This document shows positions 16,587 to 24,991 of a stretch of DNA of 32,000 nucleotides, piece after piece. Both the position numbers and the translations under genes were made by a program. Under the pieces are notes generated by a model. The model made no database searches. It saw only the letters and a program-made list of their open reading frames with translations, and was not told the origin of the DNA. This DNA is from an uncultured Methanoregulaceae archaeon. GTDB lineage: Archaea; Halobacteriota; Methanomicrobia; Methanomicrobiales; Methanospirillaceae. Location of the stretch: assembly GCA_963841015.1 (NCBI GenBank), contig CAWJAX010000004.1:12040-44039 (forward strand), read 5' to 3'. Numbering within the stretch: the first letter of the stretch is position 1; each line of letters starts with the position of its first letter.

Positions 16587-16598
16587 GGTGAAGAACAT

Positions 16599-16859
16599 AT
16601 GAGCGATGATAAACCCTGCTGTGCCGCTGACGCGCTCCGGCGCATACGGCAGGTGAAGATTAACGGGATCCTGACGGGTATCACACTGCTCGATGAGAGC
16701 ATTGCAGAAATACGAACGCAGAACTATGGGAGCGAACCGGAGATCCGTGTCGCTCTCCTGAAGAAGATCCGGATCTACAATTACGTTCCCAAAAGCGTTG
16801 AAGATGAATATGCAAGGATCCTGATGGAAGAATATAAAAAAGCCCTCGCAAAAAACTAA
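16599..16859 (+). CDS. Hypothetical 86-aa protein with an N-terminal CC pair
   Basis: MSDDKPCCAADALRRIRQVKINGILTGITLLDESIAEI... The ATG lies 13 nt after the permease stop and is preceded by GAGGTGAAG. I recognise no family. Confidence 0.55.
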   Translation: MSDDKPCCAADALRRIRQVKINGILTGITLLDESIAEIRTQNYGSEPEIRVALLKKIRIYNYVPKSVEDEYARILMEEYKKALAKN

Positions 16860-16892
16860 TACAAAAAAATTTGAATAACTTCTGGAGATACC

Positions 16893-17129
16893 ATGACAAA
16901 AATCGAAATTCTCGGAACCGGGTGCGCCAAGTGCAAACGGCTCTTTGCCAATGCCGAGCAGGCAGTAAAGGACCTGAAGATTACGGCAGACGTGGTCAAG
17001 GTTGAGGACCTGGATGCGATTGTCGAGGCGGGTGTCATGCTGACACCTGCACTCTTCATCAATGGCGAACTGCGGGCTGAAGGCCGGGTTCCCTGTGTGG
17101 AAGAAATCATAGCAATGCTTAAGGAGTGA
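16893..17129 (+). CDS. Thioredoxin-fold redox-active disulfide protein (MTH895/TM0996-like)
   Basis: 78 aa: MTKIEILGTGCAKCKRLFANAEQAV...TPALFINGEL. It has a CxxC active site and the size of that family. Confidence 0.85.
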   Translation: MTKIEILGTGCAKCKRLFANAEQAVKDLKITADVVKVEDLDAIVEAGVMLTPALFINGELRAEGRVPCVEEIIAMLKE

Positions 17130-17599
17130 AAAGAGTGGCAGAAACACCAACATGTTCATGTGGACAAAACGAACCGAAACGGATAATCTTTCCCTGTGCC
17201 GGGCAGGCTAACACCGGGCAGCTTACGAACCTTGCAGCTATTCAGCTGACGGAAGAAGGCTACGGGAGTATTGCCTGTGCTTCGCTGCTAGCAATCGGTT
17301 CTGAAGGTCTGGTTAAGAATGCAAAGGATGTCGATGAAGTTCTCGTCCTCGACGGCTGCCCTATGATGTGCGGCAAGAAGATTGCAGAGGCGCAGGGTGT
17401 GCCGGTGGGACAACACCTTGTCATGACTGAACTCGGTATCACCAAAGGGCCGTCGAAATCCTATACCGAAGCTGACGTCGAGAAGATCGTTGCTGCGTGC
17501 TGGAAGGGAGAAGGCCGGAAGAAGGATGCAGCAAAACCGGGAAAAAAGAGCGGTGGAAACGACAGCGGGTGCGGCTGCGGGTGTGGCGGGACCTGCTGA
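17126..17599 (+). CDS. DGC-domain putative zinc-binding protein with a C-terminal Gly/Cys tail
   Basis: IIFPCAGQANTGQLTN...VLVLDGCPMMCGKKIA matches the DGC-domain pattern. The C-terminus reads GGNDSGCGCGCGGTC. The start may be GTG at 17126 or GTG at 17135 (AAGGAG lies upstream). Confidence 0.75.
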   Translation: MKRVAETPTCSCGQNEPKRIIFPCAGQANTGQLTNLAAIQLTEEGYGSIACASLLAIGSEGLVKNAKDVDEVLVLDGCPMMCGKKIAEAQGVPVGQHLVMTELGITKGPSKSYTEADVEKIVAACWKGEGRKKDAAKPGKKSGGNDSGCGCGCGGTC

Positions 17600-17624
17600 T
17601 TGCGGATAGTGAGCACCGGGGCGG

Positions 17625-17929
17625 ATGGAAACGACCGAAGAAGACGAGATGCGTACCTGGGCTGAAGAGTACGCAAAAAAGAATGGCTGGGTGCTGAACC
17701 CGGATAAGAAGATACTGGATACCGTCATCCGGGGGCTGGTCCGCAATAAGAAGAAATTCGGAGAGCAGTACTGCCCGTGCCGGCTCGGTCCGGGGACAAG
17801 GAGAAGGACCGGACGATCATCTGCCCATGCATCTACCATAAAGACGAGATCGCACAGGACGAGCACTGCCACTGCCAGCTCTACTATCGGAAGAATGACG
17901 CCGAGCAGATGAAACGGGAGAAGAAGTGA
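17625..17929 (+). pseudogene. Ferredoxin:thioredoxin reductase catalytic-subunit-like protein, carrying one frameshift
   Basis: The tracked ORF gives ...KKKFGEQYCPCRLG, then nonsense. From about 17787-17790 another frame reads SGDKEKDRTIICPCIYHKDEIAQDEHCHCQLYYRKNDAEQMKREKK*, with the stop at 17927-17929. This completes the CPC...CPC...CHC signature of FTR catalytic subunits. Confidence 0.75.
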
Positions 17930-17945
17930 CCTGAGGTCAATCCGT

Positions 17946-18356
17946 ATGATACCACCACGATACAAGCGTCTGGAGATTGAATGGAAACATTTCGCGGTTG
18001 GCGATGCAACCTGTGAGCGATGCGGGAATACCGGTGAAGCGCTCAAAGAGACTGTCGAAGAACTAAAGCGTGAGTTTGCTCCTGCAGGAGTGAAGATCAA
18101 CCTGACCGAGACGCTCCTTGACAAAACACGCATAGCGGAGTCAAACGAGATCCGGATGAACGGGATGTTGATCGAAGACCTGCTCGCTGCCGGGGTTGTT
18201 TCGACCGACTGTCCTTCCTGTGGTACACTTGCGGGGGAGAGTACCTGCTGCCGGGCGATAGAGATTGACAATGAACGATTCGAGGATATACCGGCAGAAA
18301 TGATCAAGAAAGCAGTGTACCTCGCATTGAGCATGAGCACCCCTTCTAAAAAGTGA
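17946..18356 (+). CDS. DUF2703-like Cys-rich protein (family name from memory)
   Basis: 136 aa with cysteine motifs CERCG, CPSCG and CCR. It lies directly upstream of acr3. Confidence 0.65.
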   Translation: MIPPRYKRLEIEWKHFAVGDATCERCGNTGEALKETVEELKREFAPAGVKINLTETLLDKTRIAESNEIRMNGMLIEDLLAAGVVSTDCPSCGTLAGESTCCRAIEIDNERFEDIPAEMIKKAVYLALSMSTPSKK

Positions 18357-18393
18357 ACTAACTATTGAAGAAAAAAGGCATCCAGGATTACGT

Positions 18394-19470
18394 ATGACAA
18401 CGACAAAACAACTCTCCTTCCTTGACCGCTACCTGACCCTCTGGATTTTCCTTGCGATGGCTGTCGGTATCGGTATTGGGTACTTTTTACCTGCGGTACC
18501 GCTCGTGATTACGGGCCTTTCGGTCGGGACAACGTCGATTCCGATTGCCATCGGGCTCATCCTGATGATGTACCCGCCGCTCGCTAAGGTGAAGTACGAG
18601 GAGCTTGGGAAAGTGTTCCAGGATCGGAAGGTGCTGGGCTTATCGCTCGTCCAGAACTGGATTGTCGGACCGGTACTGATGTTTGTCCTTGCCGTCATCT
18701 TCCTCCGCGACCAGCCAATGTTCATGTATGGCCTGATCCTCGTCGGCATTGCCCGCTGTATCGCGATGGTTATTGTCTGGAATGATCTCGCTGAAGGCGA
18801 CTGTGAGTACTGTGCTGCTATTGTGGGCCTGAACTCGGTTTTCCAGGTCTTTTTCTACTCGGTCTATGCATGGTTCTTCATCACCTACCTGCCCCCGCTG
18901 CTTGGCATTGGGACGGGTTCTGAGGTCTCGATCACGATGCTCCAGATTGCCGAGAGTGTCTTCATCTATCTCGGCATCCCGTTCATTGCCGGCATTGTCA
19001 CGCGTTATATCCTGATCCGCGTGAAATCAAAGGCGTGGTACGAACAGGTATTCATCCCGAAGATCTCCCCGATTACGCTGATTGCCCTGCTCTTTACGAT
19101 CATCGTGATGTTCTCCCTGAAAGGGGAGTATATTGTCAACGTCCCCCTTGCTGTCGTCCAGGTTGCAATCCCGCTGCTCTTCTACTTCGTCATCATGTTC
19201 TTTGCGAGCTTCTGGATGTCCTGGCGTCTCGGTGTTGATTACCCTAAGTCGGCATCGCTCTCATTCACGGCGGCATCCAATAACTTCGAGCTTGCAATTG
19301 CAGTTGCCATTGCTGTCTTTGGCATTGCATCACCAGCGGCATTCGCCACGGTGATCGGGCCGCTTGTCGAAGTGCCCGTTCTGATTTCACTCGTGAATGT
19401 CTCGTTCTGGCTTAAGAAGAGATGGTATGGCGGGAAGAGTGATGATACGTGCAGCCCTTCGTTACGGTGA
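18394..19470 (+). CDS. acr3: ACR3-family arsenite efflux permease
   Basis: 358 aa. The N-terminus [25 protein letters not shown] and the conserved [13 protein letters not shown] segment are typical of ACR3. Confidence 0.92.
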   Translation: MTTTKQLSFLDRYLTLWIFLAMAVGIGIGYFLPAVPLVITGLSVGTTSIPIAIGLILMMYPPLAKVKYEELGKVFQDRKVLGLSLVQNWIVGPVLMFVLAVIFLRDQPMFMYGLILVGIARCIAMVIVWNDLAEGDCEYCAAIVGLNSVFQVFFYSVYAWFFITYLPPLLGIGTGSEVSITMLQIAESVFIYLGIPFIAGIVTRYILIRVKSKAWYEQVFIPKISPITLIALLFTIIVMFSLKGEYIVNVPLAVVQVAIPLLFYFVIMFFASFWMSWRLGVDYPKSASLSFTAASNNFELAIAVAIAVFGIASPAAFATVIGPLVEVPVLISLVNVSFWLKKRWYGGKSDDTCSPSLR

Positions 19471-19486
19471 AAAAACAGGTGGTCTG

Positions 19487-19900
19487 ATGAAAAAGAAAGT
19501 CTTGTTTATCTGCACCCATAACTCGGCCCGCTCACAGATGGCAGAAGGGTATATGAAGGCAAAGTATGGTGACCGCTACGAAGTATCCAGTGCCGGAACT
19601 GAAGTAACCCGGGTCCACCCGATGGCAATTGAGGTCATGAAGGAGATTGGAATCGACATCACCAGTCACCGTTCGAAACTAATCGATGAGTTCTTCGGTA
19701 AAGGAATAGGTACCGTAGTGACGGTCTGCGATTCTGCACAGAAAGCCTGTCCGTTTTTCCCGGGTGCAAAGGAAGAAATTCACCGGAGTTTTCCGGATCC
19801 TTCGGCATTTAATGGGTCTGATGAGGAGATCCGGGCCGGGTTCCACCGCGTGAGAGATGAGATTATCCAATGGATCGATGAATATTTTACAAGAAGGTAA
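19487..19900 (+). CDS. arsC: Arsenate reductase, LMW-PTP type (thioredoxin-coupled class)
   Basis: MKKKVLFICTHNSARSQMAEGY contains the CX5R(S) P-loop. VVTVCDSAQKACPFFPG supplies the second and third catalytic Cys of the pI258-type enzyme. I chose the ATG at 19487 rather than the tracked upstream start, which overlaps acr3. Confidence 0.92.
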   Translation: MKKKVLFICTHNSARSQMAEGYMKAKYGDRYEVSSAGTEVTRVHPMAIEVMKEIGIDITSHRSKLIDEFFGKGIGTVVTVCDSAQKACPFFPGAKEEIHRSFPDPSAFNGSDEEIRAGFHRVRDEIIQWIDEYFTRR

Positions 19901-19904
19901 AACC

Positions 19905-20741
19905 ATGACTGACGAACACGAAATACGGAAACAAGTACGGAAAAGCTACGCAAAGGTTGTTGAAGGGAGTAGCGGATGCAGCTGCGGCCCAAATTCCTCT
20001 TGCTGTGGCGGAGCGACAACGGCAGAACAGATAAGCGCGAAGGTCGGCTACTCAGCCGAGGAGATGGGGGCTGTCCCGGAGGGGGCAAATCTCGGCCTCG
20101 GGTGCGGGAACCCGCTTGCCCATGCAGCGATTCATGAAGGGGACACAGTCCTAGATCTGGGATCCGGTGCCGGGTTCGATTGTTTCCTTGCTGCCCGGAA
20201 AGTCGGAAAGACAGGACGGGTTATCGGGGTTGACATGACGCACGAGATGCTGCTGAAAGCACGGGAAAATGCGAAAAAGTCGGGTGCAACCAATGTAGAG
20301 TTCCGGCTCGGGGAAATCGAAGCCCTGCCGGTTGCTGATAACTCCGTTGATCTTATCATCTCAAATTGTGTTATCAATCTCTCTCCTGACAAGGCGAGAG
20401 TCTTCCGCGAGGCATTCCGGGTGCTGAAGCCGGGGGGATTGCTCATGGTTTCAGATATTGTCCTGACCCGTGAACTTCCGGAATCAGTGCGTACTTCGAT
20501 GGAAGCCTATGCCAGCTGCATCGCGGGTGCGAGCCTGAAAGATGCCTATCTTGACCTGATCCGAAAGGCACATTTTTCCGATGTAGCGGTACTTGAGGAA
20601 ACCGCCGTACCTTTCGGGCTGGCAGTGGCAGACCCCCTTATAAAAGCAGGTTTTGAGTCCCTGTCCCTTTCGAAAGATGAATACACACAAATCACGGAAT
20701 CGGTGAAGAGTGTGAAGGTAAAGGCGATAAAAAGAAGATGA
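19905..20741 (+). CDS. arsM: Arsenite S-adenosylmethionine methyltransferase
   Basis: The N-terminus has SGCSCGPNSSCCGG, the SAM motif VLDLGSGAGFDCFLAA is present, and conserved Cys residues occur in SNCVINL and YASCIAGA. The ATG at 19905 lies 5 nt after the arsC stop. Confidence 0.9.
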   Translation: MTDEHEIRKQVRKSYAKVVEGSSGCSCGPNSSCCGGATTAEQISAKVGYSAEEMGAVPEGANLGLGCGNPLAHAAIHEGDTVLDLGSGAGFDCFLAARKVGKTGRVIGVDMTHEMLLKARENAKKSGATNVEFRLGEIEALPVADNSVDLIISNCVINLSPDKARVFREAFRVLKPGGLLMVSDIVLTRELPESVRTSMEAYASCIAGASLKDAYLDLIRKAHFSDVAVLEETAVPFGLAVADPLIKAGFESLSLSKDEYTQITESVKSVKVKAIKRR

Positions 20742-20774
20742 CTGTTAGATTATAATCCAATCCTTTGAATCAAG

Positions 20775-21140
20775 GTGAGAGAAATTACTGACGAAAGTCC
20801 ATTGATCCTTATCACCTGCTCGGGTGTTTCCAATACCGGGAAACTGACGGCACAGGTCGCGGGAATCCTTGCGCAGAAAGAACCGGATCTCTTTGAGGGG
20901 CACGTGCATGTAAAGCAGTCCACCCGCGATATGGAAGCGGTAATCAATGGTGGTAAGGTGGTGGTGATTGACGGATGCGGAGATCGGTGTGCAGCAAAGA
21001 AACTCAAAAGTTTTTTCATTACCCCCCATATCCATATCATCGCGACTGAAGAGGGAATCGAAAAGAACGGAATGGGTGACCCGAAGTTCGAAGAGATTGA
21101 AACGCTCATCGCGGCGGTTCGCAGGGAAGTTCGGCGATAA
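20775..21140 (+). CDS. DGC-domain putative zinc-binding protein (second copy)
   Basis: 121 aa: LILITCSGVSNTGKLTAQVA...VVVIDGCGDRCAAKKL. It has the same architecture as 17126..17599 but lacks the Gly/Cys tail. Confidence 0.7.
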   Translation: MREITDESPLILITCSGVSNTGKLTAQVAGILAQKEPDLFEGHVHVKQSTRDMEAVINGGKVVVIDGCGDRCAAKKLKSFFITPHIHIIATEEGIEKNGMGDPKFEEIETLIAAVRREVRR

Positions 21141-21317
21141 TCCAGATCGTGTATGTAAAAAATGAATAGATGAATTATGGAAATGGTGAAGAAATACTGA
21201 ATTTCCTGTACTCAGTTAAAATTTTTGCGGGGGACTGGAAGACCACAAAAAAATCTTTCATGCCCGGATTTGAATGATCGATAAGAAACTCGCCTGTTTG
21301 AAATCAGTGACGGAATC

Positions 21318-22235
21318 ATGAACGCTATAGAAGCCGGGCATCTCATCAAAAGATTTGGTACGGTAACCGCAGTGAACGATGTCAGCCTTACGGTGCGTGA
21401 GGGAGAAATCTTCGGGTTCCTCGGCCCCAACGGGGCCGGAAAGACGACGACGATGCGCCTGCTCACCAGCGTTCTTACTCCGGACGCAGGAACAGTCCTC
21501 ATCAACGGCATTGATATCCACCGTCATCCGCTGGATGCCAAGATGCAGATGGGTGTCATCCCGGAGAACAGCTCGGTCTACGCAGACATGTCCGCGGAGC
21601 AGAACCTGCATCTGAGTGGGCAGATGTACGGCATGTCCCGGGCACTCCGGGAAGAGAGGATCGATGAGATACTCTCAAGGATGGGCCTTTCTGAGAAACG
21701 ACGCCTCCCGGTCCGTACATTCTCGAAAGGGATGAAGCAGCGTGTAAGTATCGCATGCGCCATCATCCACCGGCCTAAAGTCCTGTTTCTCGATGAGCCC
21801 ACAAGCGGCCTTGACGTGCAGAGTCGCAGACTCGTGATCGAGACGATTCGTCAAATGAACGAGCAGGGAAGTACAATCTTCCTCACCACGCATAACATCG
21901 AAGAGGCAAACACGCTCTGCCAGACAGTCTGCATCATTAATAAAGGGAAGATCGTTGCACAGGACAGTCCCGAACGGCTTAAAAAGATGTTCGATACTAC
22001 GCAGTCCGTAGAGGTTTCCTTTGACCGGGCTGTAACCCGGGACTTGTTCGCAGCGGAAGGGATTTTGCGGGCGGAGCAATGCGGTGACAAGTGGAGGTTG
22101 TATACGGACAATCCGGACATGATCCTGAAATACCTTGTCGGGCGTGCCGAACGCGAGTCCATTGGCATCACATCCCTCACGACCTCCGGTCCGAGCCTTG
22201 AAGAGGCATTTGTCACGCTAACGGAGTGTGCATGA
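21318..22235 (+). CDS. ABC transporter ATP-binding protein (ABC-2/drug-exporter-type)
   Basis: It has Walker A GPNGAGKTT, the signature FSKGMKQRVS, and Walker B VLFLDEPTSGLD. Confidence 0.9.
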   Translation: MNAIEAGHLIKRFGTVTAVNDVSLTVREGEIFGFLGPNGAGKTTTMRLLTSVLTPDAGTVLINGIDIHRHPLDAKMQMGVIPENSSVYADMSAEQNLHLSGQMYGMSRALREERIDEILSRMGLSEKRRLPVRTFSKGMKQRVSIACAIIHRPKVLFLDEPTSGLDVQSRRLVIETIRQMNEQGSTIFLTTHNIEEANTLCQTVCIINKGKIVAQDSPERLKKMFDTTQSVEVSFDRAVTRDLFAAEGILRAEQCGDKWRLYTDNPDMILKYLVGRAERESIGITSLTTSGPSLEEAFVTLTECA

Positions 22236-22981
22236 TGGAGATACCGATATTCCTTCGCGGTATCCTCGTCATTACCGAAAAAAACATGAGGCTGTATTAC
22301 ACCAAACCGCCAGTCCTTATGTTCGGGCTCCTCTTCCCGCTCTTCATGTTCTTTGCGTTCTTCGTCGGGCGTAAACTCGAGCTGACCACCTATTTTCCGG
22401 CGTTCCTGGCGATGATGCTGTTTTTCACTGCGTCATCGGTAGGCCCGCTGATCACACCATGGGAGAAACGGGATAAGACGTATGAACGGCTCCTCTCGTA
22501 CCCGGTAACGCAGGACATCATCATCCTCGGCGACGTTGCAGCGGGTGCGATCTTCGGGATTGGGATCTCCCTGCTTATATGGATTTTGAGTTCCCAGTTT
22601 ATTCCAATTGCAGTCACGAGCCTGGGGTTATTTGTCCTTGCGTTTGTCCTCGGCACGCTTTCCTGTTCCGCGATGGGGGTCCTAATCGTATCGCCGGGAT
22701 CCGACAACCCGCCCAACGTGATGATCTTCTCAAACCTGATCCGGTTCCCACTTATCTTCATCTCCGGCATCTTTGTTCCCCTCGCGGATATGCAAGGATT
22801 GGCCCTTACGCTCGCGTATTTTTCACCTCTGACGTACCTTGTCGACTTGTTCAACGCTGCCATGAACGGAATATCAGTATTTTCACCGGCTGTTGATTGT
22901 GGGGTGCTCATTGGTATCTTCGCCGGTTTTCTCCTTGCTGCACGGTTCATTCAGAAACGGAATCTGATGAAGGGAATGTGA
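22232..22981 (+). CDS. ABC-2 type transporter permease
   Basis: About 249 aa with 6 predicted TM helices. The ATG overlaps the ATPase stop (ATGA at 22232-22235). Confidence 0.85.
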   Translation: MMEIPIFLRGILVITEKNMRLYYTKPPVLMFGLLFPLFMFFAFFVGRKLELTTYFPAFLAMMLFFTASSVGPLITPWEKRDKTYERLLSYPVTQDIIILGDVAAGAIFGIGISLLIWILSSQFIPIAVTSLGLFVLAFVLGTLSCSAMGVLIVSPGSDNPPNVMIFSNLIRFPLIFISGIFVPLADMQGLALTLAYFSPLTYLVDLFNAAMNGISVFSPAVDCGVLIGIFAGFLLAARFIQKRNLMKGM

Positions 22982-22999
22982 GGATAAAACAGCAGGGAA

Positions 23000-23630
23000 T
23001 TATGGTCTCCAGACCTCCACCATCGATTGATCACCGTGGTATCCAAGGAACTTCTGGAGAGCGGGAAGCTCGATTTTTCTTTTTTTGGGATTGGTATCAA
23101 GGGGATTGTTGAAGTACATGAATTTGTCATTGATTCCGGTCACTACAACCCAATGAGGGAGGTCTTCTTTGCTGAAAAACAAGGAATTCGTCACCACCAG
23201 GGGAACATGGTTCGAAAACAGAGATTTGAAAATGGTTTTTCCGGTGATGGTTTCTCGTTTTTCCCTGACCCCCAGTTTTCTGCATCTGGTTCTTCGTTCG
23301 TAAAACTGGTCCTTGAGCATCTCCATATCCGGGGCGTTCAGTGGTGGAACGAACTGTTCAGCAAAATCAATTCCACCACTATTGCTGGTAACTCTTGCGG
23401 AAAATCCACGAACTGCTGCAGAAAAAGCCAGACCATACCTGCTTGTTCCATAGACAGCTGACAAGGGTTCCTTCCCTCCAGAGGTCCAATTCCAACTCTT
23501 TTCCGAGGCGCACTTCCTTATCCAGGTACTTCATTGCCATCATCAATGAAGCCGGGCCGCAGGTGAAGTCATAATGCTGCCGGTAAAAGGGAATATTCAG
23601 TTGGATAGACGCTCCGTTGTCAGCCTGCAT
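23000..23630 (-). pseudogene. Peptidase C39-like (papain-fold Cys peptidase) domain protein, carrying one frameshift
   Basis: ORF 23379..23756 gives MQADNGASIQLNIPFYRQHYDFTCGPASLMMAMKYL...DLWREGTLV. ORF 23000..23464 continues SAVYGTSRYGLAFSAAVRGF...LPHWVVVTGINDKFMYFNNP. The catalytic Cys (FTCGP) and His (HWVVV) contexts are both present. The frame change is at about 23459-23464. Confidence 0.65.
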
Positions 23631-23804
23631 GTCCTGTCCCCTTTTTTGTATGTGGATTGGATGAACCTTTCTTCGATGGTGCTTTTTATTGAATACCGCT
23701 ATAATTCTGAAACTTCCTGGTGATCTGAAACAGCTCATGAAAGAATGCTGCTGCAATCAAACATGGATAATCCATCATAAAATGATATCCCGGTACATAA
23801 TCCA

Positions 23805-24059
23805 TCAGCATTGCTGTTCCGATGTTTTTATTTGTGGAGTAATCCGTATGCGTTTCAGGTCATACCATCCCTTCCCCAGCACGACGAGTCCAATCACGAT
23901 AAAAAAGCAGGAATGAACTCCATAGACCCAGGTCTCAAAACCGGAATTTCCGGAAAATAAACTCATCCAGAAGAACGGGCATACCAGACCAAAGAGGGCA
24001 AGTCCTGCACCTACTTTTACCTGGCTTTTTATCTGTTGTTCGCTGGGAGGCATTTTCAT
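23805..24059 (-). CDS. Small 2-TM membrane protein (paralog of 24103..24537)
   Basis: 84 aa. KVGAGLALFGLVCPFFWMSLFSGNSGFETWVYGVHSCFFIVIGLVVLGKGWYDL aligns with KIGYGIMLIGIFCPIFWISFLSGARGNELMFNAVHSSLVFLFGLGFVIMYRIQL in the neighbouring ORF. Confidence 0.6.
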   Translation of the reverse strand: MKMPPSEQQIKSQVKVGAGLALFGLVCPFFWMSLFSGNSGFETWVYGVHSCFFIVIGLVVLGKGWYDLKRIRITPQIKTSEQQC

Positions 24060-24102
24060 TACCCTGAGGTGTTCAGCAAATCAATCATTATCAGATACCG
24101 AT

Positions 24103-24537
24103 TCATGGATTTTCATTAAATTCACGTGCCTGTTCGTTTCTCAGCTGAATCCGGTACATTATCACGAACCCGAGACCGAATAGGAATACAAGGGACGAGT
24201 GCACGGCATTGAACATGAGTTCGTTTCCCCGGGCGCCGGACAGAAATGAGATCCAGAAGATCGGGCAGAATATCCCGATGAGCATTATACCATACCCGAT
24301 TTTTATATTGCTTTTCAGGTGGATTTCCCGGTTGGTGTTCCATTCAAGGGGTGTTCCCGTTTCCCCCCGCAGGAACTGGAGGACCTTTTTGCCAAGCATT
24401 GTGTAGGGACAGCAGGAGATCAAAAAACTGATGAATCCGCGTAGCCCTTGTTTTTGTCCCACCGATGACTCTGATACCGGGCAGCGGATCCCGGGTGCAT
24501 CACCGGAACAATTCTGTCTGATGAGCTGTCCTTTCAT
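24103..24537 (-). CDS. Small 2-TM membrane protein with an N-terminal extension (paralog of 23805..24059)
   Basis: The C-terminal 70 aa are paralogous to the neighbour. The start is uncertain: ATG at 24537 fits a TATA-like box (TATAAATT on the minus strand, 24562-24569) at leaderless distance, and the alternative is ATG at 24399. Confidence 0.55.
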   Translation of the reverse strand: MKGQLIRQNCSGDAPGIRCPVSESSVGQKQGLRGFISFLISCCPYTMLGKKVLQFLRGETGTPLEWNTNREIHLKSNIKIGYGIMLIGIFCPIFWISFLSGARGNELMFNAVHSSLVFLFGLGFVIMYRIQLRNEQAREFNENP

Positions 24538-24557
24538 TATTCAAATGTGTGACATTA

Positions 24558-24584
24558 CTAAATTTATAGGGGATACTAATTTAG
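24558..24584. promoter_or_regulatory. Inverted repeat CTAAATT-N13-AATTTAG within the back-to-back promoter region (candidate HxlR site)
   Basis: Read directly at 24558-24564 and 24578-24584. Three ACTAA motifs occur in 45 nt. TATA-like boxes lie about 25-30 nt from both divergent ATGs (24537 and 24620). Confidence 0.3.
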
Positions 24585-24619
24585 ATTTAATATACTAACA
24601 AAAAACATAGTGATATTGC

Positions 24620-24991
24620 ATGATGAAAGATCCTTCCTGTTATTTTTGCCCGGTGGAAGGCACACTCGATGTGATCGGCGGCAAATGGAAACCGCTGATC
24701 ATCTGGTTCCTGAGAAAACGTGTCCTGCGGTTCAGTGATCTCAGGCGGTCGATTCCCGGCATCACCGATGTGATGCTGACAAAACAGTTACGGGAATTGG
24801 AACAGGATGGTATTATCAGACGAAAAGTGTATACCCAGGTCCCTCCCAAGGTCGAATATTCACTTACACCTCTTGGGATGACGGTTATCCCGCTCCTCAA
24901 TGCTCTCTGCGATTGGGCGATCGAGCATATGAAGATCCCGATGATTGACGATAATGAAATTATTGTGTGTGGAAGAAAGAAGAAAAAATGA
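24620..24991 (+). CDS. HxlR-family winged-helix transcriptional regulator
   Basis: CPVEGTLDVIGGKWKPLIIWFLRKRVLRFSDLRRSIPGITDVMLTKQLRELEQDGIIRRKVYTQVPPKVEYSLTPLG is a canonical HxlR-domain sequence. Confidence 0.9.
   Translation: MMKDPSCYFCPVEGTLDVIGGKWKPLIIWFLRKRVLRFSDLRRSIPGITDVMLTKQLRELEQDGIIRRKVYTQVPPKVEYSLTPLGMTVIPLLNALCDWAIEHMKIPMIDDNEIIVCGRKKKK

Noticed and set aside
16398-17159. A 253-aa minus-strand ORF
   Set aside because: It is antisense to the permease 3' end, the 86-aa gene and the Trx-like gene. It has no recognisable domain, and the opposite strand is the better-supported coding strand.
17288-18340. A 350-aa ORF on the minus strand spanning three plus-strand genes
   Set aside because: It is antisense to the DGC, FTR-like and DUF2703-like genes, which have clear family motifs. 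Its translation is low-complexity Ser/Arg/Pro/Ala-rich text with no motif, typical of a shadow ORF.
9971-21140. The metal/arsenic island as a recently acquired mobile element
   Set aside because: I found no integrase, transposase, tRNA gene, flanking direct repeats or clear compositional break at its borders. The only nearby repeat (copy B at 9617-9948) has no mobility hallmarks. Horizontal origin remains possible but is not supported by this sequence.
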